Shown here: in pieces, positions 53,291 to 64,000 of the stretch
How positions within the stretch are numbered: position 1 is the first letter of the stretch
How the letters are laid out: each line of letters opens with the position of its first letter
Assembly: GCF_006345805.1 (NCBI RefSeq)
Contig: NC_043003.1
Coordinates: 97,030,001-97,094,000, forward strand
Length of the DNA: 64,000 bases
Direction of reading: 5' to 3'
From: Octopus sinensis
Taxonomy: Eukaryota
Made by a program: the position numbers and the translations under genes
The notes under the pieces: model-generated
Told to the model about the DNA's origin: nothing
The model's input: only the letters and a program-made list of their open reading frames with translations
Database searches by the model: none

Positions 53291-53642
53291 TATTTTTGAA
53301 ATAACAGCGGAGAGGTAAGCCTTTACAGATATCAAAGGCCCTGTGAAAACAGAAGGCAAAACAGACTTTTTGTCATTCTCAGCAGATATGTTGGAGTGTG
53401 TAGAGAATTGCACTTTTACATACACATGCATAGAAAATGGTGTGTTGAAAAACACTAACACAAGAGAGGTGTTGAGGGAAACGGGAAAACTCGCCTCTCT
53501 TGGTGGGCATTTCAGTATGATAGATGTAAGATTGGAGAATGAAAATGAGGTGAATAATTACTGAATTGTCCATTTGAAAAAGAATGAGTTTCTACTCATA
53601 TTTTTTCTTACATATGAAAAAGAACTGGAATACACACACACA

Positions 53643-53712
<70 letters not shown>

Positions 53713-53892
53713 GTATGTATGTATATATGATTGTATGTACGAATGTATATATGTATTTATATATGAATGTATATGTGTATGTATGCATGTATGTATGTGT
53801 GTGTGTATGTATGTGTATGTATGTGTATATACCAACACATAAATATATACATAGATATACATAAATATACACATGCGTATACGTGTATGTGA

Positions 53893-53960
<68 letters not shown>

Positions 53961-54459
53961 GCATATGAGTATGTATAACGTGCGTATCTATGTATGTATG
54001 TGTGTATGTATGTGCATATGTTGTTATGTATAAACAAATTAGTGGCTTGAGCAAGAAGAGTAAAAGAAACAGTTTGTAAGTGATTGATAAGAAACAGTTT
54101 GTTATTCAACGTAAAAAGCTTTTTTACTCTGCCACCGATACGCTTTCATGTATTTGTTTTCTGTTTTCTTATTTGTTCTAAATGTTTGCACAACATTTCT
54201 TATCATGAACATTTAGGACTTGTATGTGCTTGTATGTGTTTCTCTAATCCCGCTGTACTTTTACGTACCCTAAAGTACCTCTAACCAACTTCTGTTTTTT
54301 TTTTTAAAAAAAAAAAAGATCGTTTCGGTTTCATGCAAAATAAATTTTTGTACAGGCCCGGGTATCCCACGCATAACGAAATACAATAATCTTAATTGTA
54401 TATAATTCAACTATTACTTACATAATAAATGTATAATACATATTACAGAGATATACTTG

Positions 54460-54647
54460 CATAGCAAGTGACCTGATCTGAGATCGTGTGTTGGAACGAA
54501 AACAATTGCAACGTAGAAAGTGTTTATAAGCCATTTAGGAAACACACAAAATCCGTTAGATTCACTTCAACATTTAAATTTAATTTGTCAAAATATTTTC
54601 GTCGCTTTGAACCGCGACCTCTTCACTGACAAAATTCCGTGCTGCAT
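54460..54647 (-). mobile_element. Penelope-terminus-like repeat containing a degenerate hammerhead motif
   Basis: Minus strand TTTGTCA-GTGAAGA-G-GTCGC..GCGAC-GAAA-ATATTT-TGACAAA (54634-54583). Confidence 0.4.
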
Positions 54648-55089
54648 TAAGTAGGGAGGGAGATAGTCGATTACATCGACCCCAGTGTTTCACTAGTACT
54701 TAATATTACATATATAACGCAAAAATGCCCTGCAGACTGCAATAGTCAATAAAAAAGAAGTAAATTTTAAAATTCATTCTTTTTATGTGGCCTGGAATAT
54801 TTGTTCTGTCGTTGGTATATTGTTATCCCTGTTTCTTAGGGAATCATTGATAAAAGTCCTTTCTAGCGCTGTCCACATCGTCATTTTTTGTTACTTCCAG
54901 TTTCAAACGGTATAGTAGGAATATGCCTCCTTTTCCTGGAATAATTCCAATGAGGGATTACAGGAAAAGTTTTTAGTTGATTCGTACTGTCAGTATGTAA
55001 TAAAATTATAGAATCCACGGAAAACATTCTGTCTGGCTTTCTAACGATTCAGCAAGCTCAACCCAGTAATAATAATAATAATAATAATA

Positions 55090-55128
<39 letters not shown>

Positions 55129-55129
<1 letters not shown>

Positions 55130-55595
55130 CCTTTCTACAATAGGCACAAAACCTGAAATTTGCGGGAGGGAGATAGTCGATTACATCGACCCCAGTGTTT
55201 CACTAGTACTTAATTTATCGATCCCGAAAGGATGAAAGGCAAAATCGACCTTGGCGGAATTTGAACTCAGAACGTAGCGACGGGCGAAATACCGCTAAGC
55301 ATTTTGCCCGGTGTGCTAGCGACTCTGCTAGCTCGTTGCTTTCAATAGTAATAATAATAATAATAGGCGGCGAGCTGGCAGAAACGTTAGCGCGCCGGGC
55401 GAAATGCTTAGCGGTATTTCGTCTGTTACTACGTTCTGAGTTCAAATTCCGCCGAGGTCGACTTTACCTTTCATCCTTTCGGGATCGATAAATTAAGTAC
55501 CAGTTACGCACTGGGGTCGATGTAATCGACTTATTCCCTTTGTCTTTCCTTGTTTGTCCCCTCTACGTGTAGCCCTTTGTGCGCAATAAAGAAAT
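55129..55595. mobile_element. Divergent pair of SINE family B copies (minus 55129-55339, plus 55366-55595)
   Basis: Heads are 26 bp apart across a short TAA tract. Confidence 0.9.
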
Positions 55596-55603
55596 ATATT
55601 ATG

Positions 55604-55701
<98 letters not shown>

Positions 55702-55983
55702 TAATAATAATAATAATAATAATGTTAATCCTTCTTTCTGTTATAGGCATGAGGCCTGGAATTTGGGGAAAGTGTCCAGTTGTTTTCATTGAACCCAGCG
55801 TTTGACTGGTACTTAATTTATTGACTTCGAAAGGATGAAAGGCAAAGTCAACCTCAGCCTTTCATCATTTTCAAGTCATTAAGTACCAAACAAGCACTGA
55901 AGTCACTGAAATCAAGCGGCCTCCTTTCACTCAAACTTTAGGCTTTGTGCCTATAGCAGAAAGGATAATCTTCGTCGTCGTCG

Positions 55984-56023
<40 letters not shown>

Positions 56024-56299
56024 TATCATCATCATCATTCTTCAATTCTGTTTCCATGTCTTACCGAGTGTCTTCCTGACACCTAGGACAGAGAAACTCA
56101 CTGTATACATTGGCAGGCCATTAAAATAAACACACTAAATTGTTCATTTACAAAGTTATGTCATTGAGAAGAGGTGGAAGAAAGACCGGGAGAAAAAGGA
56201 AGAAAATAAAATATAGACAAAGAAAATAAAGGGGAAAAAAGAAAGAAAATTCACAGCGACAATACTCTTCTCAGTACGTGCGACGTACCATTTAAGGCA

Positions 56300-57090
56300 A
56301 TCTTTTGCCCTTCCTGCATAGATGGTAAACCAGGGATCATTCTCAAATAATTTTCAGTTCCTTTTTTTGATCATTCCGAGTCTCCTACAATTACTGGTAT
56401 TGTAACCGTCTTGAGGTGCCACATCTTTTCGTTTTCGATGAGCAAATCTTTATATTTTCTGAGATTATCAAATTCTTTTGCCGTGATATTATTGTCACAG
56501 AGTATGCTCATATCAATCAAAGAGCAGACTGTACTGTTGTTGTCGTTACATTTTCTCCCCCAGTTACAGCCTCGGAGTGGTGCTTGTACCATTTGTCAGC
56601 TGTTTTGATTTTATAATGCCCACACATTATCCAGTGTAGATATTGGCCAACACTGTCATGTCTTGATTTGTACTCTTACAGGTGCTAAAACCTTACACCC
56701 AGAGATTAAGTAGTCCACTGTTTCAATCCCATCGTTGCAGTATCGGTACTTTGGGTCTACACTATTTTTCATCGCATTGGCTTGATAATTCCGGGTCAAT
56801 AAGCTCTGACATTGAGCAGCGAGAATAAAACCTTCGCCCTCTGCTTTTAGCCCTGAGCTCCGTAGCCACTGATGGGTGTACTTCCGGTCTACATCAGCTT
56901 GATTGTTACGGGGCACACATTCCTCACGCATCGGTTTTTGTTCCCACCTATCAGCCAATTGTTCAAAAGCGTTTTGCCTTGCCATTGATTTCACCTTGTT
57001 GCCGCACTTACAACATGCTGTATGCTGTTCAGCCGGGCTGTTATGGCTAAACTCACCTGAAATTTTTTTGCTCTTCTTCATGACAGAATG
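56300..57090 (-). mobile_element. R4/Dong-type LINE fragment (zinc knuckle and REL)
   Basis: HQWLRSSGLKAEGEGFILAAQCQSLLTRNYQ..CNDGIETVDYLISGC and KYKDLLIE..MWHLKT.TIPVIVG. Confidence 0.85.
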
Positions 57091-57101
57091 GAGCTTCATA
57101 C

Positions 57102-57147
<46 letters not shown>

Positions 57148-57149
57148 GA

Positions 57150-57180
<31 letters not shown>

Positions 57181-57190
57181 TATTATTATT

Positions 57191-57400
57191 ATCTCCACCT
57201 TCGTCAGGTGGAGGTATTGTTTCCAGTCGTGTTTGTTTGTTTGTTTGTTTATCCGTGGACAAGATATCTCAAAAACCGCTGGATGGATTCGAATAAAACT
57301 TTCAGGAATGTTTGGCCTTGTAACTGGTACGAACTGGTTCGATTTTGGGTTCGATCCAGTACCGGATCCTGGATTATTTTTTAATATTTTCTTTACATGT
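57191..57400 (+). mobile_element. Helentron-associated (HINE/DINE-1-like) non-autonomous element, 5' part
   Basis: 5' hairpin CTCCACCT-TCGTC-AGGTGGAG, then (GTTT)n, then ATCTCAAAAACCGCTGGATGGATT..AAACTTTCAGG..GATCC..GGATC, inserted in a T-rich repeat. Family assignment is by recalled pattern. Confidence 0.55.
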
Positions 57401-57499
57401 ATATGTAAAGTTTCACATAGTTCTCTTGTGCGCGTGCACACACCACACACAAACACACACACACACACATACACACATACACATACATACACACACACA

Positions 57500-57555
<56 letters not shown>

Positions 57556-57765
57556 CATACACGCAAACATGCGTTTCTTTTACACACACATATATTCACA
57601 CTTCAAACGCCGTTTATCAGCTTTTTCACTCGTTATTCATCTATCGACCCATCCTTTCTTATTCATACGACGCCCTCTTTGCCATTTATCTCCTCTACCT
57701 TCACCTCTCACTCCGGCTCTATTTATATACAAATCTATATATATATACAAATATACATACATATA

Positions 57766-57842
<77 letters not shown>

Positions 57843-57874
57843 TAGGTATGCGTATATGGGTACATGTCATCACA

Positions 57875-58200
57875 AAACGTAAACAACGTGAAATACGAAA
57901 ATAAAGTTGGGTACGCAAACAACGAGAGAAACAAATGGAAAACAAGACGAGTAACATAAAGAACGACCCTTCATCAGTTGTCGGCTGTCCTTCTACTCAT
58001 TATTTCGAGCATTGAACGATATTATAAGACTTTAAAGGCGGTTGCTCCAGCGAACTGCAAATAAAATTTGGGATTTGCGGAAGGTCAAAGTTGGTAACAA
58101 AATCAAGACAGTGGTGACATACAAGGAACCGAGCAAATATATAAAAAGACAGTGCTCATTATTACATTAGGAGATTATACATACATTTTAACACTTTACA
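57875..58200 (-). mobile_element. Penelope-terminus-like interspersed repeat
   Basis: Similar in layout to 30190-30540 and carries CTGATGAAGGG on the minus strand. Confidence 0.35.
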
Positions 58201-58409
58201 GCATACTTACATATATACGTATTTCTATAAATCGATCTAATACAACAGGGTTACTAAAGGAAGACCAGAATTTAAGACCACTACACAGAATGCATTTCAT
58301 TACAATTATATTCCATTACGTTTCTCTACCAAAGTTCCTGTTGCATGTCAACCAGTATTTCCAAAACTTTTACGTATTGATTCCCAAAGATTTATCGATA
58401 TGTGTGCGC

Positions 58410-59290
58410 TCAAGTCATGCAACTATTTTCATTACCCATACATGGCGATTTTTGTATTCGTTTGGTGTCAGCACAGGACATCCCGAGACGAGACGGTCTA
58501 TTGTTTCATCGAATTTATCACAGAATCTGCATTTAGGATCAGAACCGTTTTGAGGCACATTAGCTTTCCTGTAGTCTATCCGTGCCATACTCAGATTCTT
58601 TTTGCTCTGGCAATTCTCTACAATCATCTTATCTGAGTAATTGATCTTTGCATCCATAAGAATTCCTTTTCAACATTTTTGAGCTTGTGGAAGGATAGAA
58701 TTCAAGGAATGTGTATGTTTTTTTCAGTTAGTATCGATGTGGGTATCTTGTAGGTGATGTTGAGACATGTTATTGGCCGGTAGTTCTTTGAATTTTTCGT
58801 GTCTTCAGTTTTTGGTAGAAGGTGTGTTGTTCCTTCGGTCAGCCAGACAGGTATTTGCTCTGAGTTCTGAATGACATCAGTTAGGGATTCAGCAAAATGT
58901 CGGTGTACTTCTGCCAAACAATTTAGCCAGAAGTTAGGGATCCGGTCTAGTCCTGGGGTTTTCTATTTGTGAGACTTTCTAAGAACACATCTTAGCTCTT
59001 CTACTCCTATTGCCTCCCAGTGCTGCTCATCAACTTCACCCAGTTTCTCTTTCTCACGTTCTATCCAGACAGCTTTAGCATTATATTCTTTTTTGTTGAT
59101 TCATGTCTTTTTCCAGAACTCTTCCATTTCAATCTTAAGTGGCTCCTTTACTTCTGTCTTGCTTTTGCCAGTTTCCCTTCAAATTTTCTTTGCATCTGTC
59201 TTGAATACCTTGTTTTGTCGATAAAATTTGATTCTTTTCTCATACATTGAGCCGTAGGGCTTTCAGTTGTATTCGTTGTTTCACTATTTC
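58410..59290 (-). mobile_element. R4/Dong-type LINE fragment with RT-to-zinc-knuckle deletion
   Basis: YEKRIKFYRQNKVF, WLTEGTTHLLPK..KNYRPITCL and NLSMARIDYRKA fused directly to ..CRFCDKFDETIDRLVSGC. Confidence 0.85.
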
Positions 59291-59313
59291 CTTACTATTA
59301 CCATTATTATTAC

Positions 59314-59367
<54 letters not shown>

Positions 59368-59384
59368 CATCATCATCATCATCA

Positions 59385-59448
<64 letters not shown>

Positions 59449-59489
59449 CACCATCATCATCATCATCATCATCATCATCATATGTTAGG

Positions 59490-59800
59490 TATGTGCTGTA
59501 GTCTGTTGTTCTTATTTTCAGTGTATTGAAAGTATTTTGCGTAGGATCTGAGCGGTGCTTAGTGGTGCTATTTTCTGTATGTTATATATACTTGTAAGTC
59601 TTGGTGTTTTTATATATTTGTTATACCTAATGTGCCTACTATAATAGGAATTGTTTCTGTTTTTAGGCTTCAGTTACTAGTAGCCTTTTCGGATCTTTGT
59701 CATAGTTTGCATATAATTTCAGATTATCCATGTAGAGCAAGTGTGAGATGATCTTGTCATACATTTTCTAACCGTAATTTGTTCTATTCAGCTCGTGGGA
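59490..59800 (-). mobile_element. R4/Dong-type LINE 3' end
   Basis: KTETIPIIVG..QKIALLSTAQILRKILSIH*, with 3' UTR CAGCACATACC shared with 12660-12690, then (TGA/TAA)n. Confidence 0.8.
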
Positions 59801-60104
59801 ATTATGCAAAAACAGAGGAAGAGAGGAGAGAGTGAATCATCCTGGAATATTTCACGATCTATTTTGATATTCTCTGAAACATACAGGCCTTTTTCGTGGT
59901 TGAGAAACAATTTTATATTCCACAGTCCCTTACTATGCTATAGAAAACCTTTTACAAAAGGAGAAATCTTGTATATGTTTAGTGCCTTTACGATCCTGTT
60001 ATCTGAGACACTTCCAAATGGCTTACAATAGTCAATTCATGCTGTATTATGATTTGTTTTTTTTTTGGGGATGAGCAATATTCGAGTATAGGACTTAAAT
60101 TTTT

Positions 60105-60247
60105 AAAGCCTAGTACGTATTCTTTCGGTCTCTTTTGCCGAACCGCTAAGTTAGTTACAGGGACGTAAACCCACCAACACCGGTTGTCAAGCGGTGATGG
60201 AGACAAACACAGACGCAAAAACACACATATATAGATATATACATATA

Positions 60248-60317
<70 letters not shown>

Positions 60318-60505
60318 ATACACATACATATATACACACATATATACACACGACGGGCTTCTTTCAGTTTCTGTCTACCAACTCCACTGACAAGGCATTG
60401 GCATGCCCGAGGCTATAGTTGAAGACACTTGCCCAAGGTTCCACGCAGTGGGACTAAACCTGGAACCATGTGATTTGGAAGCAAGCTTACCACACAGCCA
60501 TGCCT
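60105..60505 (-). mobile_element. SINE family A with long internal (TA)n
   Basis: Reverse complement of the family A head, core and tail. Confidence 0.85.
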
Positions 60506-61289
60506 AGCTCTTCTCTCTTTCTCTTCTCCCCTGTATGTGTATATATGTGTATATATGTGTTTATGTGTGTATGTATATACGTGTGTATGTATGTATGTAC
60601 GTGTGTATGTATGTACGTGTGTATGTATGTATGTTTGTATGTATGTATGCATGTATGTATGTATGTATATGGGGTATATATATCAGGGACATATATTCCG
60701 AGTGTACTACGTGAGTTTGCCACCGAGAATGGCAAATTTATTATAAATGTTAACCTTATTCATTAATTTAATCACAAATCTTAATGGAAAACTTTTGTCA
60801 TACCCTTGCTTGAAATCTGGTGGCATTGGATGTAGCAGCATACGCAGTACAACAACCACCCTGGCCACTGGATGGCACTGGCAGGAATGTGCAGCGGTGT
60901 ATATGTATATTATTTGGAAATAATATTTTTTGAACACAACACATTCTCGTTGGAATTATATCTCACGAGTTGTTCAATAAATAGTTAACAATCTCTCAGT
61001 ATATTTAGTGCTGCGATATTTGTCAACTCGGACAATATGAAACAGACAAATTGCTGAGAAATATAATACCACATCAAACATATGTGAAAATACTAATTTA
61101 GCGATAGGGTGTGTCCTGTTTCTGTAAACCGGTCAATACTGGGTCCGTCAAGCAGCTTCAACAATAGATGCAGTGGTCATGATTATCACGCATGTATAAC
61201 GCAGCCTTAGGCCAATTTTTAAAGTGAATCAAATTGAGATACGAAATGAAGGAAAACTAGTTTTAATCTTACTAATAATATCTCTCCTA

Positions 61290-61321
<32 letters not shown>

Positions 61322-61322
61322 A

Positions 61323-61357
<35 letters not shown>

Positions 61358-61370
61358 GTCCCTGTCTCTG

Positions 61371-61438
<68 letters not shown>

Positions 61439-61479
61439 CATATTTTTCTACGTTCGTGTATGATAGATTCTCCCGTCGG

Positions 61480-61880
61480 TTTGGACGTTTGAGGATCTGA
61501 AAACTTGCTCTTTCTTTGTCAGTCATAATGTTTATGTGGAATGTGACATTTAAGTCCCACCAACGATTTACAAAGAAGCCCACAGATCCTGCAAGTATGA
61601 GGATTACAGGTCAGTGCAGGTGGTATATTTGCAGCCGCTTTTCTCCTTTGCCTTGAACTGGTTGCAACAAAGGTTCTAATACCATTTTGACACAACGATC
61701 TCCATTTTGTTCACTCCAACGCTGTTCGCTCAAAGGTTACTCTTTAGTTTATCCTTATATCTGTGCTACGGTCGGCCAACATTCCTGTGCACACCATCAA
61801 GCTGGCTGTACATGAGGACTTTGGGTATTCTTTCGTCACTCATTTATGATGACATAGGCAGCCCAGCGCAATTGTGATTG
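61480..61880 (-). mobile_element. RTE (BovB-type) LINE 3' fragment with C-terminal zinc finger
   Basis: GIESFLMQSQLRWA..MSDERIPKVLMYSQL..GRP..RYKDKLK..CRICGLLCKSLVGLKCH. Confidence 0.85.
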
Positions 61881-62011
61881 CATAAGGAAACTTTCGATTC
61901 CACACACACACACACAGACGTGTTTAAACACCTCACATACACACCTGCATACATGTATATACATATATTTATAAATAAAATCACATACTCAATGATATAT
62001 ATGTGTATGTA

Positions 62012-62078
<67 letters not shown>

Positions 62079-62087
62079 ATCTATATC

Positions 62088-62132
<45 letters not shown>

Positions 62133-62195
62133 GATGTATATATATGTATGTATATATATGTATATATATAATATATATATATATATAATATATAT

Positions 62196-62237
<42 letters not shown>

Positions 62238-62323
62238 TACATATATATGTATGTATGTATATTATATGTATGTATGTATATAAATATATATATATATATA
62301 TACCGGAGTATAAATATATACCA

Positions 62324-62551
62324 GCGGCGAGCTGGTAGAAACGTTAGCACGCCGGGCAAAATTCGTAGCAGTATTTCGTCTGTCGTTACGTTCCGAGTTC
62401 AAATTCCGCCGAGGTCGACTTTGCCTTTCATCCTTTCGGGGTCGATAAATTAAGTACCAGTTACGCAGTCGGGTCGATGTAATCGACTTAATCCCTTTGT
62501 CTGTCCTTGTTTGTCCCCTCTATGTTTAGCCCCTTGTGGGTAGTTAAGAAA
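62324..62551 (+). mobile_element. SINE family B, full length
   Basis: GCGGCGAGCTGGTAGAAACG..GAGTTCAAATTCCGCC..AAGAAATA. Confidence 0.9.
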
Positions 62552-62632
62552 TATATATATACCGGAGTAACCACATTAATGTGAATCAAGGTGGAAAAAA
62601 GAGTACTCAAATACCAGAGGTCGAGTAATATG

Positions 62633-62761
62633 CTTTATTTAAAAGCAGCAGAAATATAGTAAAAGGTGTTACACCGAGTGAGTTTCACGTTCCCGTTCGT
62701 CGGACAGTTTTGTTAAAAAGCTTTTAACAGCTTGTTATATTTCTGCTGCTTTTAAATAAAG
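62633..62761. repeat. 26-bp perfect inverted repeat enclosing a hammerhead-like motif
   Basis: CTTTATTTAAAAGCAGCAGAAATATA (62633-62658) and its exact reverse complement (62736-62761). Confidence 0.9.
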
Positions 62762-62894
<133 letters not shown>

Positions 62895-63399
62895 CTATTG
62901 AGTGTATGATTTTATTTATAAATACATGAATATACATGTATGCAGGTGTGCATGTGTGGTGTATATATATATATATATATTATATATTGATAAAGTGTAT
63001 GGAAACCTGTACATCCACAATATTTATTTTATAGTAATATACAGCATATTACAATGCCCTCACACACACACACACACACACACATGGATATATGTCATTA
63101 CCCAGCTTTTTCAGTTGAAGCAAATTTCGAAGAGATTGAAATACCGAAATAACAAACGCTTTATTGCGAAGCCGGAGATCCCGTTCTTGCCTATTTCTGG
63201 ACAACTTGGTTTTGTAGGTGAGAAATTTAATAGTGCTGTGCAAGCTGTTACAGACTTTGGGTCTTAGCAAGAATATTGTTGAAAACCATTGTCTTTAACA
63301 CCTAGGATAAGATTTATAAGTGATGATCACATTCATCTACGAGTTGTCAACCACCATATTTGTGTGTGAGCGTGTTTGTATACATATATTTCATATATC

Positions 63400-63786
63400 C
63401 TTTTACTTGTTTCAGTCATTTGTCTGCGGCCATGCTGGAGAACCGCCTTTAAAAGTTTTTTGGTCGAAGATATCGACCCCGGTACTTATTCTTTGTAAGC
63501 CTAGTACTTATTCTATCGATTTCTTTTGCTGAACCGCTAAGTTACGGCGACGTAAACACACCAATATTTGTTGTCAAGGGATGGCGGTGGGACAAACACA
63601 ATAACATAAATATAGACATATATACATGTGTGGGTTTCTTTCGGTTTCCGTCTACTAAATCCACTCACAAGGTTTTGGTCAACTCGGGGCTAGAAGACAC
63701 ATGCCCAAGGTGCCACACAGTGGGGTACTGAACTCGGAATCATATGGTTGAGAATCAAGCTTCTTAACACACAGCCACGCCTGCGC
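63400..63786 (-). mobile_element. SINE family A
   Basis: Reverse complement of the family A consensus. Confidence 0.85.
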
Positions 63787-63842
63787 CTTATGTCTCAAGC
63801 GAATGTGTATACCTAACTATCACCCTGTCACTCACTCACTCA

Positions 63843-63910
<68 letters not shown>

Positions 63911-64000
63911 GAGAGAGAAAGAGCATAAAACACAGAATATAGAATAAAGCGAAAAGAGAACAAAAATCAGAATTATGTAAAGTCACACCTCGATAGTTGT

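Noticed and set aside
53468-53491. Walker A-like GVEGNGKT followed by RLSWW, suggestive of a viral Rep/SF3 helicase remnant
   Set aside because: In-frame stops on both sides and no Walker B or other motifs. Likely chance; a TBLASTX against CRESS/parvovirus Rep would settle it.
57965-58015. CTGATGAAGGG with upstream GAAA on the minus strand (also 30320-30365 and 24350-24385) as hammerheads
   Set aside because: I could not build consistent stems I-III in any permutation.

Overview
AT-rich, microsatellite-saturated animal genomic DNA. The two recurring tRNA-headed SINE families, the TAA-targeted R4/Dong-type LINEs and the Penelope-like elements point to an octopus/coleoid cephalopod (inference from repeat families, not verified). 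No intact host protein-coding gene is visible. The only host-gene sequence is a damaged, intron-free 3' piece of a calumenin/reticulocalbin (CREC) EF-hand gene (20130-20561) ending in HDEI*. The rest is mobile-element debris. It includes about nine R4/Dong fragments (one young, 5'-truncated copy at 10453-12754), a CR1-group LINE with intact ORF1 but an RT-deleted ORF2 (16262-19147), RTE and CR1/L2 relics, Penelope-like elements, a Gypsy gag/PBS fragment, pogo/Tigger and hAT relics, a HINE-like element and more than 20 SINE copies. The most notable observations are: a well-formed type I hammerhead ribozyme at a Penelope 3' end immediately upstream of the CREC fragment, plus three weaker hammerhead-like motifs; an apparently non-coding ~500-bp family whose 3' end always abuts (AAT)n; a chain of TAA-targeted insertions; and several fold-back/inverted duplications tied to (TA)n tracts. 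Nearly all other ORFs in the supplied track are microsatellite translations. Coordinates of degenerate relics are approximate. Single-base indels in homopolymer runs suggest some long-read consensus error.
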